A stretch of DNA of 64,000 nucleotides from an uncultured Acidimicrobiia bacterium (GCA_963812375.1 CAWEUW010000009.1:386240-450239); one strand, 5' to 3'. Counted from the first letter of the stretch, positions 38,273-51,470 are shown. A program made the numbers and translations. The notes: a model not told the origin generated them from the sequence alone.

Positions 38273-39894
38273 GATGCCCCGGGCCAGGGGAGCGCTCGAC
38301 GAGCTGATCGTGGAGAACCTGGGGATCATCGAGCGGGCCCAGCTCGAGCCCGAGGTCGGGCCTGGTCGTGTTCACCGGTGAGACCGGTGCCGGCAAGACG
38401 CTGCTGCTGGGTGCGCTGCGCCTGTTGCTGGGCGCCCAGGGACGGAGGGACCTCGTGGGGCCGCACGGCGAGCAGGCGGTCGTCCAGGGCCGCTTCTCGC
38501 TCGACGGCGACGAGGTGGTGGCGGTGCGCCGTCTCACCGCCTCGGGCAAGAGCCGCGCCTACCTCGACGGGATCATGGCGCCGGTCGGTGCCCTCGGTCT
38601 CCGGTTGGGTGGTTCGGTCGAGCTGACCGCGCAGCATGCCCATGTGCTCCTCGGGCGGCCCGATCACGTCAGGGACATCGTCGACGCCTTCACCGGGGAC
38701 GAGGGGGCGAGTGCCCGCGCCGCCTACGCCGCGGCGTGGGCGGCGTCCCGTGAGCTGGACCGGCGACGGCAGGCGATCGGGGGCGACCGGCGGGGGGTCG
38801 AGCGAGAGCTGGCCACCGCACGCCACCACGTCGACGACATCACCGGCGCCGGCTTCGCTCCCGGTGACGACGTCGAGTTGGAGCGGCTGGCCGGTCGGCT
38901 GCGCAACGCCCGGGCGATCCTCGACGATCTCGACCAGGCGGCGACCGCACTGGGAGAGGACGGCGCCGACCGGCACCTCGACACCGCGGTGCGGGCTCTG
39001 GCCAGGGCGACCGCCCTCGACCCGGGGCTGGCCGCCATCGGCGAGCAGGCCTCCGAGGTGGCCGACCTGATGGCGGAGTTGCGCACCGATGTCGCCCGGG
39101 CGGCGGCGAGCCTCGACGAGGACCCGGCACGTCTCGACGAGGTGGAACAGCGGGTGGCGAGGCTCGGCGAGCTCCGCCGTCGCTACGGCGACACGCTGGA
39201 CGACGTGCTCGCCTTCGCCGCCGCCGAGCGCAGTCGCGCCGAAGAGTTGGAAGACGTCCTCGCCACCGCCGACGACCTCGACCGCGCCATCGCATCCGCC
39301 GCCGGGGCACTGGCGTCGGCGGGCGACCGGCTGCGGGAGGTGCGGCGGCGCGGGGCCGAGCGGATCGCCGAAGCCGCCATCGGGCACCTCGGCGAGTTGG
39401 GCTTCGCCGACCCGGTGGTCGCCATCGCCGTCATCGAGGCGATACCCGGCCCCGAGGGCGCCGACCGGGTCGAGCTGCTCTTCTCCTCCGACTCGAGCCT
39501 CGATCCCGGCCCGGTGGCCCGGGTCGCCTCGGGTGGCGAGTTGAGCCGGCTCGTGCTGGCGCTGCGGCTGGCCTCCGGGTCAGCGGAGGCACCGATCACC
39601 GCCTTCGACGAGATCGACGCCGGGGTGGGCGGGAAGGTGGCGCTGCAGCTGGGACGAAAGCTCGTCGGGTTCGCCGCAGGACGCCAGGTGCTCTGCGTCA
39701 CCCACCTGCCGCAGGTGGCCGCCCACGCCGACCAGCACTACGTGGTGGAACGTGCCGGCACGGTCACCGAGGTGCGCCTGTTGGACCAGGCGGGTCGGGT
39801 CGAGGAGCTCGCCCGGATGCTGGCCGGGATGCCGGACAGCGAGCGGGGCCGCGGTCACGCCGCCGAACTCCTCGCCACCGCCCGCCCTTCGTGA
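38265..39894 (+). pseudogene. recN: DNA repair protein RecN, 1 frame break
   Basis: ATG 38265 overlaps the nadK end. LIVENLGIIERAQLEPEVG is followed by a single-base frame change near 38355, apparently an extra C. Then LVVFTGETGAGKTLLLGAL..., coiled coils, and the C-terminal ASGGELSRLVLAL / FDEIDAGVGG. Confidence 0.9.
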
Positions 39895-40042
39895 CGGCGG
39901 GGGAGAGCGGATTCAGAGCGACGGACGCCGGGACGGTCGCCGACCGCTACGGATGGGGACGTGCCCTCGGGCTGGCCGGGGCGGTGGCCCGACCGATTCC
40001 GACCGGACGGCAATCATTCGGGTCGAGAGGGGTCGGTGGTAG

Positions 40043-41733
<1,691 letters not shown>

Positions 41734-41831
41734 CGGGTCGGGCGAGCCGGGTTCGCCGTCGTGCCGCCAGCGGTCGATTGGAGCGCGAGAAGGGTTGGCA
41801 GGGTGCGAGCGTCGGGCGCCGTCGCCGTCCG

Positions 41832-42375
41832 GTGACCGAGCCCGGGTTCACCGTGGTCGGTTCGGCCACGCTGGCGACCTCGTCGTTCCTGCGGTTCGAG
41901 CGCATCCACCTCTCCGGTCCCACCGGTTCCGTCGGTGAGACGCGACGTCATCCGGCATCCCGGCGCGGTCGCCGTGGTCGCCGTGGTCGACGGCTCGGTG
42001 GTGCTGATCCGCCAGTACCGGGCAGCCGTCGACGGCGACGTGCTCGAGATCCCCGCCGGGAAGCTCGACGTCGCCGGGGAGGAGCCCGAGCAGGCGGCCC
42101 GGCGGGAGCTGGCCGAGGAGGTCGGGCTGGATGCCGGCGAGCTGCGGCTGATCGCCGACGTGTGGACCGCCCCCGGGTTCACCGACGAGCGCATGCGCAT
42201 CTTCCTCGCCACCGGGTGCGTCCCGGTCGACCGGGTGCCACACGGCGCCGAGGAGGAAGTGTCCGAGGTGGTCCTGGTGCCCCTCGACGAGGTCGCCACC
42301 TTCATCGATGCCGGCGAGATCCGCGATGCCAAGACACTCGCCGGGTTGCTCTTGGTGACGGGGATGCACCGGTGA
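41832..42375 (+). pseudogene. NUDIX hydrolase (ADP-ribose pyrophosphatase-like), 1 frame break
   Basis: The N-terminus (frame of ORF 40953, GTG 41832) is followed after a break near 41935 by ORF 41935-42375. That part carries the Nudix box [24 protein letters not shown]. Confidence 0.75.
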
Positions 42376-43274
42376 TGGACCTCGCCGGCGGCGTCGAGGA
42401 GTACCTGGCGGCGTTGCGCTCGGAGCGGGGGTTGTCGGGCAACACGGTGGCGGCGTACCGGCGCGACCTGGCCCAGTACCGACGGGTGATCGAGGAAGGC
42501 GGCACCGTCGAGGTCACCGCGGTGACGCCGGCGATGGTCGACGGGTTCGTGGGGTGGCTCGGCACCCAGGGGTGGGCGGCGTCGACCGTGGCTCGCAAGA
42601 TCGCCGCCGTCCGTGGCCTCCACCGCTTCCTGGTGGCCGAGGAGCTCGCCGTGGCGGATGCCGCCGGGGGCATCGACCCACCCGGGCGAACCGCCTCCCT
42701 CCCCAAGGCGCTCGCCGTCGACGAGGTCGAGGCGCTGCTCGCAGCGCCGGAGCCTTCGACCAGGCTCGGGCTGCGCGACCGGGCGCTGCTCGAGTTCTTC
42801 TACGCCAGCGGCGCCAGGGTGAGCGAGGCTGTGATGCTGGCGGTCGAGGACCTCGACCTCGAGGCGCGTACCGCCCTCGTCACCGGCAAGGGGTCGAGGC
42901 AGCGGGTGGTGCCGTTGGGTCGTCACGCCGTGGCCGCCATCGCGGCGTACCTGCCCGCCCGGATGGACATCAAGTCGCCGAGGAACGATCCCGGTTGGCT
43001 GTTCCTCAACACCCGGGGCGGAAGGCTGAGCCGGCAGGGCGTCTTCCTGGTGGTGCGCCGCCATGCCACCAAGGCGGGCATCGACCCGGCCAGGCTGTCG
43101 CCCCACGTGCTCCGTCACTCGGCGGCCACCCACATGGTGGAAGGCGGCGCCGACCTGCGCAGCGTCCAGGAGATCCTGGGTCACGCTAGTATCTCGACCA
43201 CACAGGTCTACACCCGGGTGTCGCCGCAATATCTGCTCGAGGTGTTCGTGACCTCGCACCCCAGGGGTAGATGA
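42375..43274 (+). CDS. xerD: site-specific tyrosine recombinase XerD
   Basis: 299 aa. The N-terminal SAM-like domain ([23 protein letters not shown]) and catalytic residues R..(ASGARVSEA), [11 protein letters not shown] and [13 protein letters not shown] are present. Chromosomal context (pyrG-nudix-xerD) as in other actinobacteria. Frame intact. Confidence 0.9.
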   Translation: MDLAGGVEEYLAALRSERGLSGNTVAAYRRDLAQYRRVIEEGGTVEVTAVTPAMVDGFVGWLGTQGWAASTVARKIAAVRGLHRFLVAEELAVADAAGGIDPPGRTASLPKALAVDEVEALLAAPEPSTRLGLRDRALLEFFYASGARVSEAVMLAVEDLDLEARTALVTGKGSRQRVVPLGRHAVAAIAAYLPARMDIKSPRNDPGWLFLNTRGGRLSRQGVFLVVRRHATKAGIDPARLSPHVLRHSAATHMVEGGADLRSVQEILGHASISTTQVYTRVSPQYLLEVFVTSHPRGR

Positions 43275-43654
43275 GACTGGGCCGTCGGGCTGGAAGCTCG
43301 TTCGAGGGAGATTTCGTGGACACTGAAGCGGCCGCCGCCGTCCTCCAGGTGGAGCGGGAGAAGTTGATCCGCCAGCTCGGCGAGCTGGGGGCCAATGAGC
43401 AGGGCGATCTCACCGGTGACCTCGAGTTCGGCGACGGCTTCGCCGACGCCGCCGCCGCCACCGCCGAGCGGACCGAGGTGCTGGGGCTGGTGGACAACAT
43501 CACCACTCTGCTGTCCGACGTCGACCAGGCGTTGCAGCGGGTGGCCGCCGGCACCTACGGGATCTGCGACGCCTGCGGCAACCCGATCGGGGCGGAGCGC
43601 ATGGAGTTCCGGCCCACCTCCCGCTACTGCGTCGAGTGCAAGTCGAAGCGCTGA
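43271..43654 (+). CDS. TraR/DksA-family C4 zinc-finger protein
   Basis: C-terminal [26 protein letters not shown] (CxxC-x17-CxxC) after a coiled-coil region. ATG 43271 (ATGA overlap with xerD) or GTG 43316 (GAGGGAG upstream). Confidence 0.75.
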   Translation: MRLGRRAGSSFEGDFVDTEAAAAVLQVEREKLIRQLGELGANEQGDLTGDLEFGDGFADAAAATAERTEVLGLVDNITTLLSDVDQALQRVAAGTYGICDACGNPIGAERMEFRPTSRYCVECKSKR

Positions 43655-43689
43655 CCGAACCGCCGTTGGCGGCCCGGTCGGCGGTCATC

Positions 43690-43747
43690 CATGGCTCTTC
43701 GGCTGACGCCCCATCGCAGAGCGGTCGGCGACTCCAAACCCGACCGC
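43690..43747 (+). repeat. family-1 intergenic repeat, partial copy
   Basis: catggctcttcggctgacgccccatcgc (28-nt conserved module) is followed by the hairpin gcggtcgg-cgactccaaac-ccgaccgc. Confidence 0.75.
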
Positions 43748-43771
43748 CACACCCAACCTGATCGGTCAGAC

Positions 43772-44245
43772 TTGGCTGCCGTCGCCCACCTCTTCAGGCG
43801 GTTCTTCCAGGTCGCCTTCGCCCGACCCTTGACGGGCGACGAGGCCGCCGAGGTCGCCGCCGCACTCCTCCCGGCGCTGCTCGACCTGTTCACCGCCCAG
43901 GGCCCGGCGGATCAGAGGCACGCCCACACGGTGATGCGTCGGGTGGCCACCCGCTCCGTCGATCCCGAGGTGATCGCCGCCGCCCTGCTCCACGACGTCG
44001 GCAAGGCGGGGATCGGGTTGGGACCGATCGGCAGGAGCATCGCCACGCTGTGCGATGCCGTCGACCTGCCGATGACCGCCCGCATGCGGGATTACCGCAA
44101 CCACGGGCCGGTCGGGGCCGAGCGTCTCCAGGCGTCCGGGGCGCCCCGGCTGGCCGTCGACTTCGCCCGTCGCCACCCCGATCCCGACCCCGGCCCGCAC
44201 GACCCGGCGACCTGGGCGCTGCTGCTGGAGGCCGACCACACGTGA
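43772..44245 (+). CDS. HD-domain protein
   Basis: ...QRHAHTVMRRV... and AALLHDVGK (HD motif). Start uncertain: the ORF opens at ATG 43691 inside the repeat, and TTG 43772 is proposed. Confidence 0.65.
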   Translation: MAAVAHLFRRFFQVAFARPLTGDEAAEVAAALLPALLDLFTAQGPADQRHAHTVMRRVATRSVDPEVIAAALLHDVGKAGIGLGPIGRSIATLCDAVDLPMTARMRDYRNHGPVGAERLQASGAPRLAVDFARRHPDPDPGPHDPATWALLLEADHT

Positions 44246-44275
44246 CCGCTGGCCGGCGCCGCGGCGATTCCGGTC

Positions 44276-44322
44276 AACTTTGAGCGAGTGACTTCACGTG
44301 GTGGCGCCATTCGCGCAAAGTT
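44276..44322. repeat. family-2 47-nt hairpin element
   Basis: aactttgagcga - 23 nt (gtgacttcacgtggtggcgccat) - tcgcgcaaagtt. 12-nt arms with one mismatch, about 54 nt upstream of scpA. Confidence 0.8.
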
Positions 44323-44375
44323 CGAACGGGTGAAAGCCACCGGGCGCACCGGCGGCGCCGATACCATGGTGGGCG

Positions 44376-45143
44376 ATGAGCTACGAAGTTCGCACCAGGG
44401 TCTTCGAGGGCCCTCTCGACCTTCTCCTGCAACTCATCACGTCGCACCAGGTCGACATCACCGAGCTCAGCCTGGGCATGCTGGTCACCGAGTACCTCGA
44501 CCACCTCGAGCTGATGCGCACCCTCGACCTCGAGCTCACCTCTGAGTTCCTGGTCATCGCCGCCACCCTCATCCAGCTCAAGGCCAGGCACCTGCTCCCC
44601 GGGACCGAGCCCATCGACATCGATGAGGAGCTGGCGTTGCAGGAGGAGCGGGACCGTCTGCTGGCCCGCCTGCTCGCCTGCCTGACCTTCAAGGACGTCG
44701 CCGCGGTCCTCGCCCACCGCATGGAGGGCAGCGCCCGCCACCTGCCTCGCCTCGCCGGGCTCGACGACGGGATCCGGCCGGCTCCGCCCGAGGTCACCCT
44801 GGACACCACCCCGGCGGCGCTCGCCCTCGTCGCCGAGCGGGTCTTCGCCTACGCCGACGACGAGCCGGATGTCGACCACCTCGAGTTCGATCTTCCTTCG
44901 GTCGAGGAGGCGATCCACGACGTCAGGGTGCGGATGCGCGCCGGGACCGTCGCCGGGTTCGAGGAGATGGTGGCCCACTGCTCCCGCCCCGTCGAAGTCA
45001 TCGCCTACTTCCTGGCGGTCCTGGAACTGGCCCGCTGGGGGATCGTGCGGATCGACCAGCGCGAGCCGGCCGGAGCCATCGCGCTCCGCCACGACCCGGA
45101 AGCGGATGGGCGCGGGATCGACATCGACCAGGTCGAGTGGTGA
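44376..45143 (+). CDS. scpA: segregation and condensation protein A
   Basis: 255-aa intact ORF. FEGPLDLLLQLI...DITELSL... is typical of the ScpA kleisin, and scpB follows. Confidence 0.9.
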   Translation: MSYEVRTRVFEGPLDLLLQLITSHQVDITELSLGMLVTEYLDHLELMRTLDLELTSEFLVIAATLIQLKARHLLPGTEPIDIDEELALQEERDRLLARLLACLTFKDVAAVLAHRMEGSARHLPRLAGLDDGIRPAPPEVTLDTTPAALALVAERVFAYADDEPDVDHLEFDLPSVEEAIHDVRVRMRAGTVAGFEEMVAHCSRPVEVIAYFLAVLELARWGIVRIDQREPAGAIALRHDPEADGRGIDIDQVEW

Positions 45144-45718
45144 CCGTGGACTCCCGGGCGATCATCGAGGCGATGTTGTTCGTGGCGGAGGAGCCGCTGG
45201 CGACCGGCGAGATCGCCGAGGTGCTCGAAGTCCCGAAGAGCGAGGTCGAGGTCGAGCTGGCGGGGTTGGCGACCTCGCTCCAGGAGCGGGCCGCCGGCGT
45301 GGTCCTCCGTCAGGTTGCCGGCGGGTGGCGGCTCTACAGCCATCCCGATGCCCATCCCTACCTGGAGCGGTTTGCCGCCACCGAGAAGGCGACCCGCTTG
45401 TCGAGCGCCGCCCTGGAGACACTGGCGGTGGTGGCCTACCGGCAGCCCGTCTCGCGCGGCCAGGTCGCCGAGATACGCGGGGTCGACTCGGAGCAGGCGT
45501 TGCGGACCCTGGAGCGGCGCGGCCTGGTGGCCGAGGTGGGCAAGGCGGCCGGGTCGGGGGCTGCGTTGCTGTACGGAACGACCGCGCTGTTCCTCGAGAA
45601 GCTGGGGATCGACGGGCTCGGCGACCTCCCGCCGATCGCCGATCACGTGCCGCCTGCCGAGGTGGTGGAGACGCTGGAGCGGCCCTTCCGCCCCGATGTC
45701 CCGTCGAACGGGGCGTGA
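45137..45718 (+). CDS. scpB: segregation and condensation protein B
   Basis: 193-aa intact ORF. IIEAMLFVAEEPL..., LSSAALETLAVVAYRQPVSRGQVAEIRGV. Confidence 0.9.
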   Translation: MVTVDSRAIIEAMLFVAEEPLATGEIAEVLEVPKSEVEVELAGLATSLQERAAGVVLRQVAGGWRLYSHPDAHPYLERFAATEKATRLSSAALETLAVVAYRQPVSRGQVAEIRGVDSEQALRTLERRGLVAEVGKAAGSGAALLYGTTALFLEKLGIDGLGDLPPIADHVPPAEVVETLERPFRPDVPSNGA

Positions 45719-46476
45719 CCGAACGACTGCACAAGGTGATCGCCAATGCCGGGCTGGCCTCCCGGCGGCGCGCCGAGCAGCTGATCGAAGCCGGTCGGGT
45801 CACCGTCGACGGCGTGGTCGCCCATATCGGGCAGCGGGTCGACCGGGAGACCGCGGCCATCGAGGTGGACGGCGTGCCGCTCCCGGTCAGGCCCGACCTC
45901 GTCTACCTGCTGGCGTTCAAGCCGGTCGGGGTGGTGTCGACCGCCCACGACCCACAGGGCCGACCCACGGTGGTGGATCTGGCCGGCACCGACCTCCGCG
46001 TGTTCCCGGTCGGACGGCTCGACACCGACTCCGAGGGGCTGATCCTGCTCACCAACGACGGCGACCTGACGTTCCGCGTCACCCATCCCTCCAGCGCATT
46101 CCCCAAGACCTACTCGGTGCTGGTCGAGGGTGAGGCCGGGCCCCGCTTCGCCCGACGGTTGACCGAGGGGGTCGAGCTGGACGACGGGCCGGCGAACGCC
46201 GCCTCGGCGCGGGTGGTCGACGCCCGACCCGACCGCAGCCTGGTCGAGATCGTGATGACCCACGGCCGCAAGCGGGAGATACGGCGGATGTGCGCCGCCC
46301 TCGGGTTCCCGGTGACAAGCCTGGTGCGGACCGCCATCGGGCCGTTCCGCGACCAGGACCTCGCCCCGGGCACGGTGCGTCCGCTGACCTTGGTCGAGGT
46401 ACGAGATCTGTACGCCGCCGCCGGGCGTCCCGAAGGCGACCCGCCGCAGGACGCCCCGGCGGCCAGCTGCACCTGA
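45715..46476 (+). CDS. rluB: 23S rRNA pseudouridine synthase (RluB/RsuA family)
   Basis: GTGA overlap with scpB. S4 domain RLHKVIANAGLASRRRAEQLI, catalytic GRLDTDSEGLILLTNDG. Frame intact. Confidence 0.85.
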   Translation: MTERLHKVIANAGLASRRRAEQLIEAGRVTVDGVVAHIGQRVDRETAAIEVDGVPLPVRPDLVYLLAFKPVGVVSTAHDPQGRPTVVDLAGTDLRVFPVGRLDTDSEGLILLTNDGDLTFRVTHPSSAFPKTYSVLVEGEAGPRFARRLTEGVELDDGPANAASARVVDARPDRSLVEIVMTHGRKREIRRMCAALGFPVTSLVRTAIGPFRDQDLAPGTVRPLTLVEVRDLYAAAGRPEGDPPQDAPAASCT

Positions 46477-46485
46477 GCAGTCGCC

Positions 46486-47762
46486 GTGACCGACCGCGCC
46501 GTCTCCTACCCGCCCGGGCCGATTGCGGCGACGGTGGCGGTACCCGGCGACAAGTCGCTGTCCCACCGGGCGCTGATCTCGGGTCGATGGCCGAAGGAAG
46601 GAGCCGGGCGACCGGGCTCGGCCCCGGGGCGGACGTGGTGGCCACGGCCGAGGCGATGCGGGCGGTGGGCGTCGCCATCGACGCCGGCTGGATCGACAGC
46701 CCGGGGATCGACGGCTGGACGGCACCAGGGAGACCGCTCGACTGCGCCAACTCCGGTACCACGATTCGGTTGCTCGCCGGGGCGCTGTCAGGGCGGCCGT
46801 TCGCCACGACGCTCAGCGGCGACGCCGCGCTGCGCCGCCGGCCGATGCGCCGGCTGGTCGCCCCGCTGGCCGCCCTCGGAGCCGATATCGGCGTCACCGA
46901 ACCACAGGGGACGGCACCGGTGACGGTGCGCCCGGTCGACGGGCTGCACGGAGCATCGGTACTGATCGACCTCCCATCCGCCCAGCTCCGCTCGGCGGTC
47001 GAGCTGGCCGCTCTGCAGGCGGTCGGGTCGACGGTGGTCCGCAGTCCCGAGGGCTTCCGCGACCACACCGAACGATGGCTGGTGGCCCTGGGCCGCGGTG
47101 CGTTCGCCGGTCCCGGCACGTTCCGCGTCGACCCGGGACCGGTCCCGGTCGCCGAGTACCGCATCCCGGGAGACCCGTCGAGCGCCGCCTTCCTCTGGGC
47201 GGCGGCGGCGCTCCGACCGGGGGCGACGGTGACCACGCCGAATGTGTCCCTCAACCCGGGGCGGATCGGCTTCCTCCAGATCCTCGAGTCGTTCGGCGCC
47301 GGGGTCGGCGCCGAGGTGACCGGTTCCGTCCTCGGCGAACCGGTCGGGTCGGTCACCGTCACCGGGCGAAGCCTGTTCGCCGTCGACGTGCCCCCGCTGC
47401 TGGCCGCCGTCGCCATGGACGAGCTGATCCTGGTCGGAGTGCTCGGTGCCGTCGCCGAGGGCGTCACCGTGGTCCGGGGTGCCGCCGAGCTGCGCACCAA
47501 GGAGAGCGACCGCATCAGCGGCACCGTCGATCTCGTCCGTGGCCTCGGCGGCGGAGCCGAGCCCACCGATGACGGGTTCGCCGTTGTCGGCGTCGGCAGG
47601 CTCGACGCCGGGGCGGTGCAGGCCCGGGGGGACCACCGGCTGGCCATGGCGGCTGCGGTGGCCGCACTGGCGGTCGACGGGACGGTGGTGATCGAGGGCG
47701 CCGAGGCGGCAGGCGTATCGTGGCCGCGGTTCTACGACGTGATGGAGAGCCTGTGGTCGTAG
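46486..47762 (+). pseudogene. aroA: 3-phosphoshikimate 1-carboxyvinyltransferase (EPSP synthase), 1 frame break
   Basis: VPGDKSLSHRALI is in the frame of ORF 46486. A break near 46585 precedes the rest in the frame of ORF 46290 (NSGTTIRLL, LRRRPM, ELRTKESDR, GDHRLAMA). Confidence 0.9.
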
Positions 47763-48369
47763 CCATCGACGGGCCCGGCGGCGCCGGGAAGAGCACCGTG
47801 GCGGCGAAGACCGCCGAGGTCCTGGGATTGCCCCACCTCGACACCGGTGCCACCTATCGGGCCGCCACCGTCGCGGCGCTGCGTCGGGAGCCGACCCATA
47901 CGACGCGGCGGCGGTGCTGGCGGCGGTGTCGGGAGTCCCGATACGGTTCGAGGCGGGCCAGGTCTGGCTCGATGGCGACGACATCACGTCCGAGACGCGG
48001 TCCCCGGAGGTGGCGGCGGCGGTGAGCCCGGTCTCCGCCCACCCGGAGGTCCGGCGGATCATCGTCGAGCTGCAGCGGGCATGGGTGGTCGAGCACGGCG
48101 GTGACGCCGTGGTGGAGGGTCGCGACATCGGGACCGTGGTGTGCCCCGACGCCGCCACCAAGGTGTTCCTCACCGCTCGCCCCGAGGTTCGGGCGGCGCG
48201 CCGCTCGGGCGAGGAGGACCCGGTCGCTCTGCAGCGTCGCGACCAGTTCGACACGGCGCGTGAGGTGTCGCCGCTGCGACCGGCGGACGACGCGGTGGTG
48301 ATCGACACCACCGAGCTGTCGATCGACGAGGTGGTGGCGCGGGTCGTGGCCCTCGTCCCGCCGGGCTGA
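47753..48369 (+). pseudogene. cmk: cytidylate kinase, 1 frame break
   Basis: VVVAIDGPGGAGKSTVA...LDTGATYRA is followed by a break near 47895. Then ...VVEGRDIGTVVCPDA..KVFLTA.... Confidence 0.85.
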
Positions 48370-48419
48370 GGCCCATCGAATACAGCCGCCGTCCGATCCG
48401 TCGGTCCGGGTCACCCGAA

Positions 48420-49466
48420 TCAGCCGGCGAGCAGCTCCAGTGCCTCGGTGGCGCCCCACTCCCGATCCTGTTCGATGGGCCCTGGTTGTCCCGGGCTGCG
48501 GCAGGCGACCGAGCCCTCGACCAACGCCTGCAGGGTGGTGGCGAGACGGCGCAACGACGGCGGGAGCGGGAAGTACTCGTCCTCCTCGGTCATGCGGAGC
48601 AGGTCCACCCCGTCGGTCGGGGCGACGGCGTCGATGACCGCCCGCACCTGGGAGTCCGGCGCCGACGCCCCGGCGGTGACCCCGACGGCCGTGACGCCGG
48701 CGAGCCAGGCGGGGTCGACCATGCCCGGGCCGTCGACCCGATGGGCGGCGATCCCGGCGTTGCGGGCGACCCGAACCAGCGCCTGGGTGTTCGAGGAGTT
48801 CTCGGAGCCGACCACCAACAGCAGGTCGCAACGCTGCGCCAGCGCCTGGACGGCGTCCTGCCGGTTGGTGGTGGCGTAACAGAGGTCGCTGCGTCTCGCC
48901 GTCCACAGGTCCCGGTAGCGGTCGGAGGCGTCGCCGAGCACACCCTCCCACTCGTACAGACCGAGGGTGGTCTGGGCGAGGAGGGCGACCTTCGACTCGT
49001 CGGTGGGGGAGAACCCGCCCAGCCCGACCCGCGGGTCCACCAACGTCACCGCCCCGGGGGCCTCGGCGACGGCGCCGATCGCCTCGTCGTGGCCTTCGTG
49101 CCCCACGTAGATGATGTCGAACCCCTGGGTCGCCATCCGGCGCACCTCGTGGTGGACCTTGGTGACCAGCGGGCAGACGGCGTCGAGCATCACCGCGGCG
49201 CGCTCCTCGGCGGCGGACACCACCTCGGGAGCCGAGCCGTGGGCGGACAGCATGATCGGCCGGCCTGCCGGCACCTCGTCGATGCTGTCGACGAACACGA
49301 CGCCGACCCGGCGGAACGCCTCGACCACGGCGGCGTTGTGGACGATCTCGTGATAGCAGTACACCGGTGGCTCGAAGATCCGCACCATCCAGGTGAGTGC
49401 CTTGATCGCCATCTCGACGCCGGCACAGAACCCGCGTGGTTCGGCGAGCACCACCTTGGAGACCAT
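48420..49466 (-). CDS. ispH: 4-hydroxy-3-methylbut-2-enyl diphosphate reductase
   Basis: 348 aa from ATG 49466. GFCAGVEMAI, HEIVHN, CPLVTKVH and VVGSENSSNT. The 617-aa ORF extends spuriously upstream. Confidence 0.9.
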   Translation of the reverse strand: MVSKVVLAEPRGFCAGVEMAIKALTWMVRIFEPPVYCYHEIVHNAAVVEAFRRVGVVFVDSIDEVPAGRPIMLSAHGSAPEVVSAAEERAAVMLDAVCPLVTKVHHEVRRMATQGFDIIYVGHEGHDEAIGAVAEAPGAVTLVDPRVGLGGFSPTDESKVALLAQTTLGLYEWEGVLGDASDRYRDLWTARRSDLCYATTNRQDAVQALAQRCDLLLVVGSENSSNTQALVRVARNAGIAAHRVDGPGMVDPAWLAGVTAVGVTAGASAPDSQVRAVIDAVAPTDGVDLLRMTEEDEYFPLPPSLRRLATTLQALVEGSVACRSPGQPGPIEQDREWGATEALELLAG

Positions 49467-49638
49467 GGGATGAATGCTAGGAGCCTGCCGAGGCGAGGCC
49501 GGTGGGTGCCGAGGGGCTCGACCGGAGGCGATACCGTGGTCGCCATCGTGCCTCCTTGGTGCCGTCGTGCCCACAGGTCCCGTCGTGTCAGGTGGCGTCC
49601 TGCCCGTTAGTGGTGCGCCGTCCGCACCGCTGCGCCTC

Positions 49639-49980
49639 GTGGAGCTGCTGGCCTCGATCTCGCTCGCCACCGACATGGGCACCGGGCAGCCCCTCGGCCA
49701 CGGCCTGCGCACCTGTGCCATGGCCACCGCCATCGCCGAGGAGGTGGCCCGCGACATCGAACTCGCCGTCCTATCGGGTGCGGACCCCGCCGAGTTGGTG
49801 CAGGAGCGGCGGGGTCGGGCGTACGACCCTGCGGTGGTCGATGTGTTCGCCCGGACCGGGCCGGCCTTGCTGGCCGAGCTCGGTAGCGGGGACGAATGGG
49901 AGCGGGCGCTGGCCGCCGAGCTCCATCCGGTCGTGACCGTGGGGATCGACCAGTTCGACGCCGTCGATCTGCTCGGGTGA
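49639..49980 (+). pseudogene. remnant of an HD/HD-GYP-type regulator (internal deletion and truncation)
   Basis: VELLASISLATDMGTGQPLGHGLRTCAMATAIAEEV resembles the N-terminal part of actinobacterial HD-domain phosphohydrolases. ...GRAYDPAVVDVFARTGPALLAELGSGDEWERALAAE... resembles a much more C-terminal part. The catalytic HD core is absent. 5' boundary undefined. Confidence 0.35.
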
Positions 49981-50076
49981 GTTGCCGCTCTCCCCGTCTC
50001 CGCAACGGGATGGGGTGAGATCACTGAGAGGCCGGTCACCGTAGAATCCTCTGGCTTCCCCCTCCCCGCAGGTCCC

Positions 50077-51461
50077 ATGTCGCATCCCACCATCCTCGAA
50101 GTGGTCCCGGGGGGCCCGGCCGACGTCGCCGGGCTCCTCGTCGGCGACGAGCTGGTGGCGGTCAACGGGGTCAGCCCCACCGACGTCATCGAGTACCAGC
50201 AGCTGGTGGACGACGACGACCCGGACCTCGTGGTGCGCCGGGGTGGCGTGGAGGTCGAGGTCACCGTCGGCAAGCCGGGCCGGCCGGCCGCTCGGGTTGC
50301 GGCTCAACGCCTCGATCTTCGACCGGGTGCAGACGTGCGACAACCACTGCGAGTTCTGCTTCATCTACCAGCTCCCCCCGGGCATGAGGAAGTCGCTGTA
50401 CCTGAAGGACGACGACTACCGGCTCTCCTTCCTGTACGGCAACTTCACCACGCTGACCCGATTCACCGAGCTCGACCTCTCCCGCGTCGTGGAGGAGAAG
50501 CTGGGACCGCTGTACGTGTCGATCCACGCCACCGACCCGGTGGTACGCACCCGGATGCTGCGCAACCCGAAAGGCGCCACCAGCCTGCGCTGGCTACGCG
50601 GCCTCTTGGAGCGCGACGTCGTGGTGCACGGCCAGATCGTCCTCTGCCCCGGGATCAACGACGGCGACGTGCTTGCCCGCACCTGCGCCGAGATCCTGGG
50701 CCGCTACCCGAAGCTGGCGAGCGTCGGCATCGTCCCGCTGGGCCTCTCCCGCTACAACACCGAGGCGAACCTCGTCGTCCACAGCCCGGCCGGGGCGCGG
50801 CGCCGACCTCGACGTGGCCCACACCTGGCAACAGCGGGCGCTGGAGATGGTCGGTCGCCGCATGTTCTTCGCCTCCGACGAGCTGTACCTGGTGGCCGGG
50901 CGGCCCATCCCCCCGACGGAGGAGTACGAGGACTACAGCCAGCACGAGAACGGCATCGGGATGGTGCGCGCCTTCTACGACGAGCTCGACCGCATCGAGA
51001 CCGGCAGTCGCTACGACGTGCCCGTGGTAACGGGTGAGTGGCGGACCATCCCCGCCGCCCCCGCCCTCGGCTACCGGGCGCCTCGCCATGTGGCCGACGA
51101 CCCGGCGGCACCCGCCGGACCGGCGGTGGTGCTCACCGGGCGCTACGGCGTGAGCGCCCTCGGCCCGGTGCGGTCCCGGCTGGAGACGATCTCCGGCCGG
51201 CAGATCCGGCTGCTCGAGGTACCCAACCGCTTCTTCGCCGGCAACGTCGGGGTGGCCGGGTTGATGGTCGGCGAAGACGTGCGCCACGCCATCGCCGCCG
51301 ACGCCGGCCCGGCCGCCGTCTACCTGCTCCCCGATGTCGCCCTCCAGGGCGACGTCTTCCTCGACAACGTCCCCCTGGACGACGTGGTCATCGCCGCCCC
51401 GGCGCCGGTCCTGGTGGTGCCGGCGACGGTGGCCGGGCTACTCGACGGGCTGGCGGCATGA
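50077..51461 (+). pseudogene. PDZ-domain radical-SAM protein (DUF512 family), 2 frame breaks
   Basis: The PDZ N-terminus (GGPADVAGLLVGDELVAVNG) is followed by a break near 50275. The CX3CX2C motif CDNHCEFC follows, then a break near 50790. The DUF512 C-terminal domain follows (...NRFFAGNVGVAGLMVGEDV...). Confidence 0.8.
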
Positions 51462-51470
51462 CGAGCCGTC

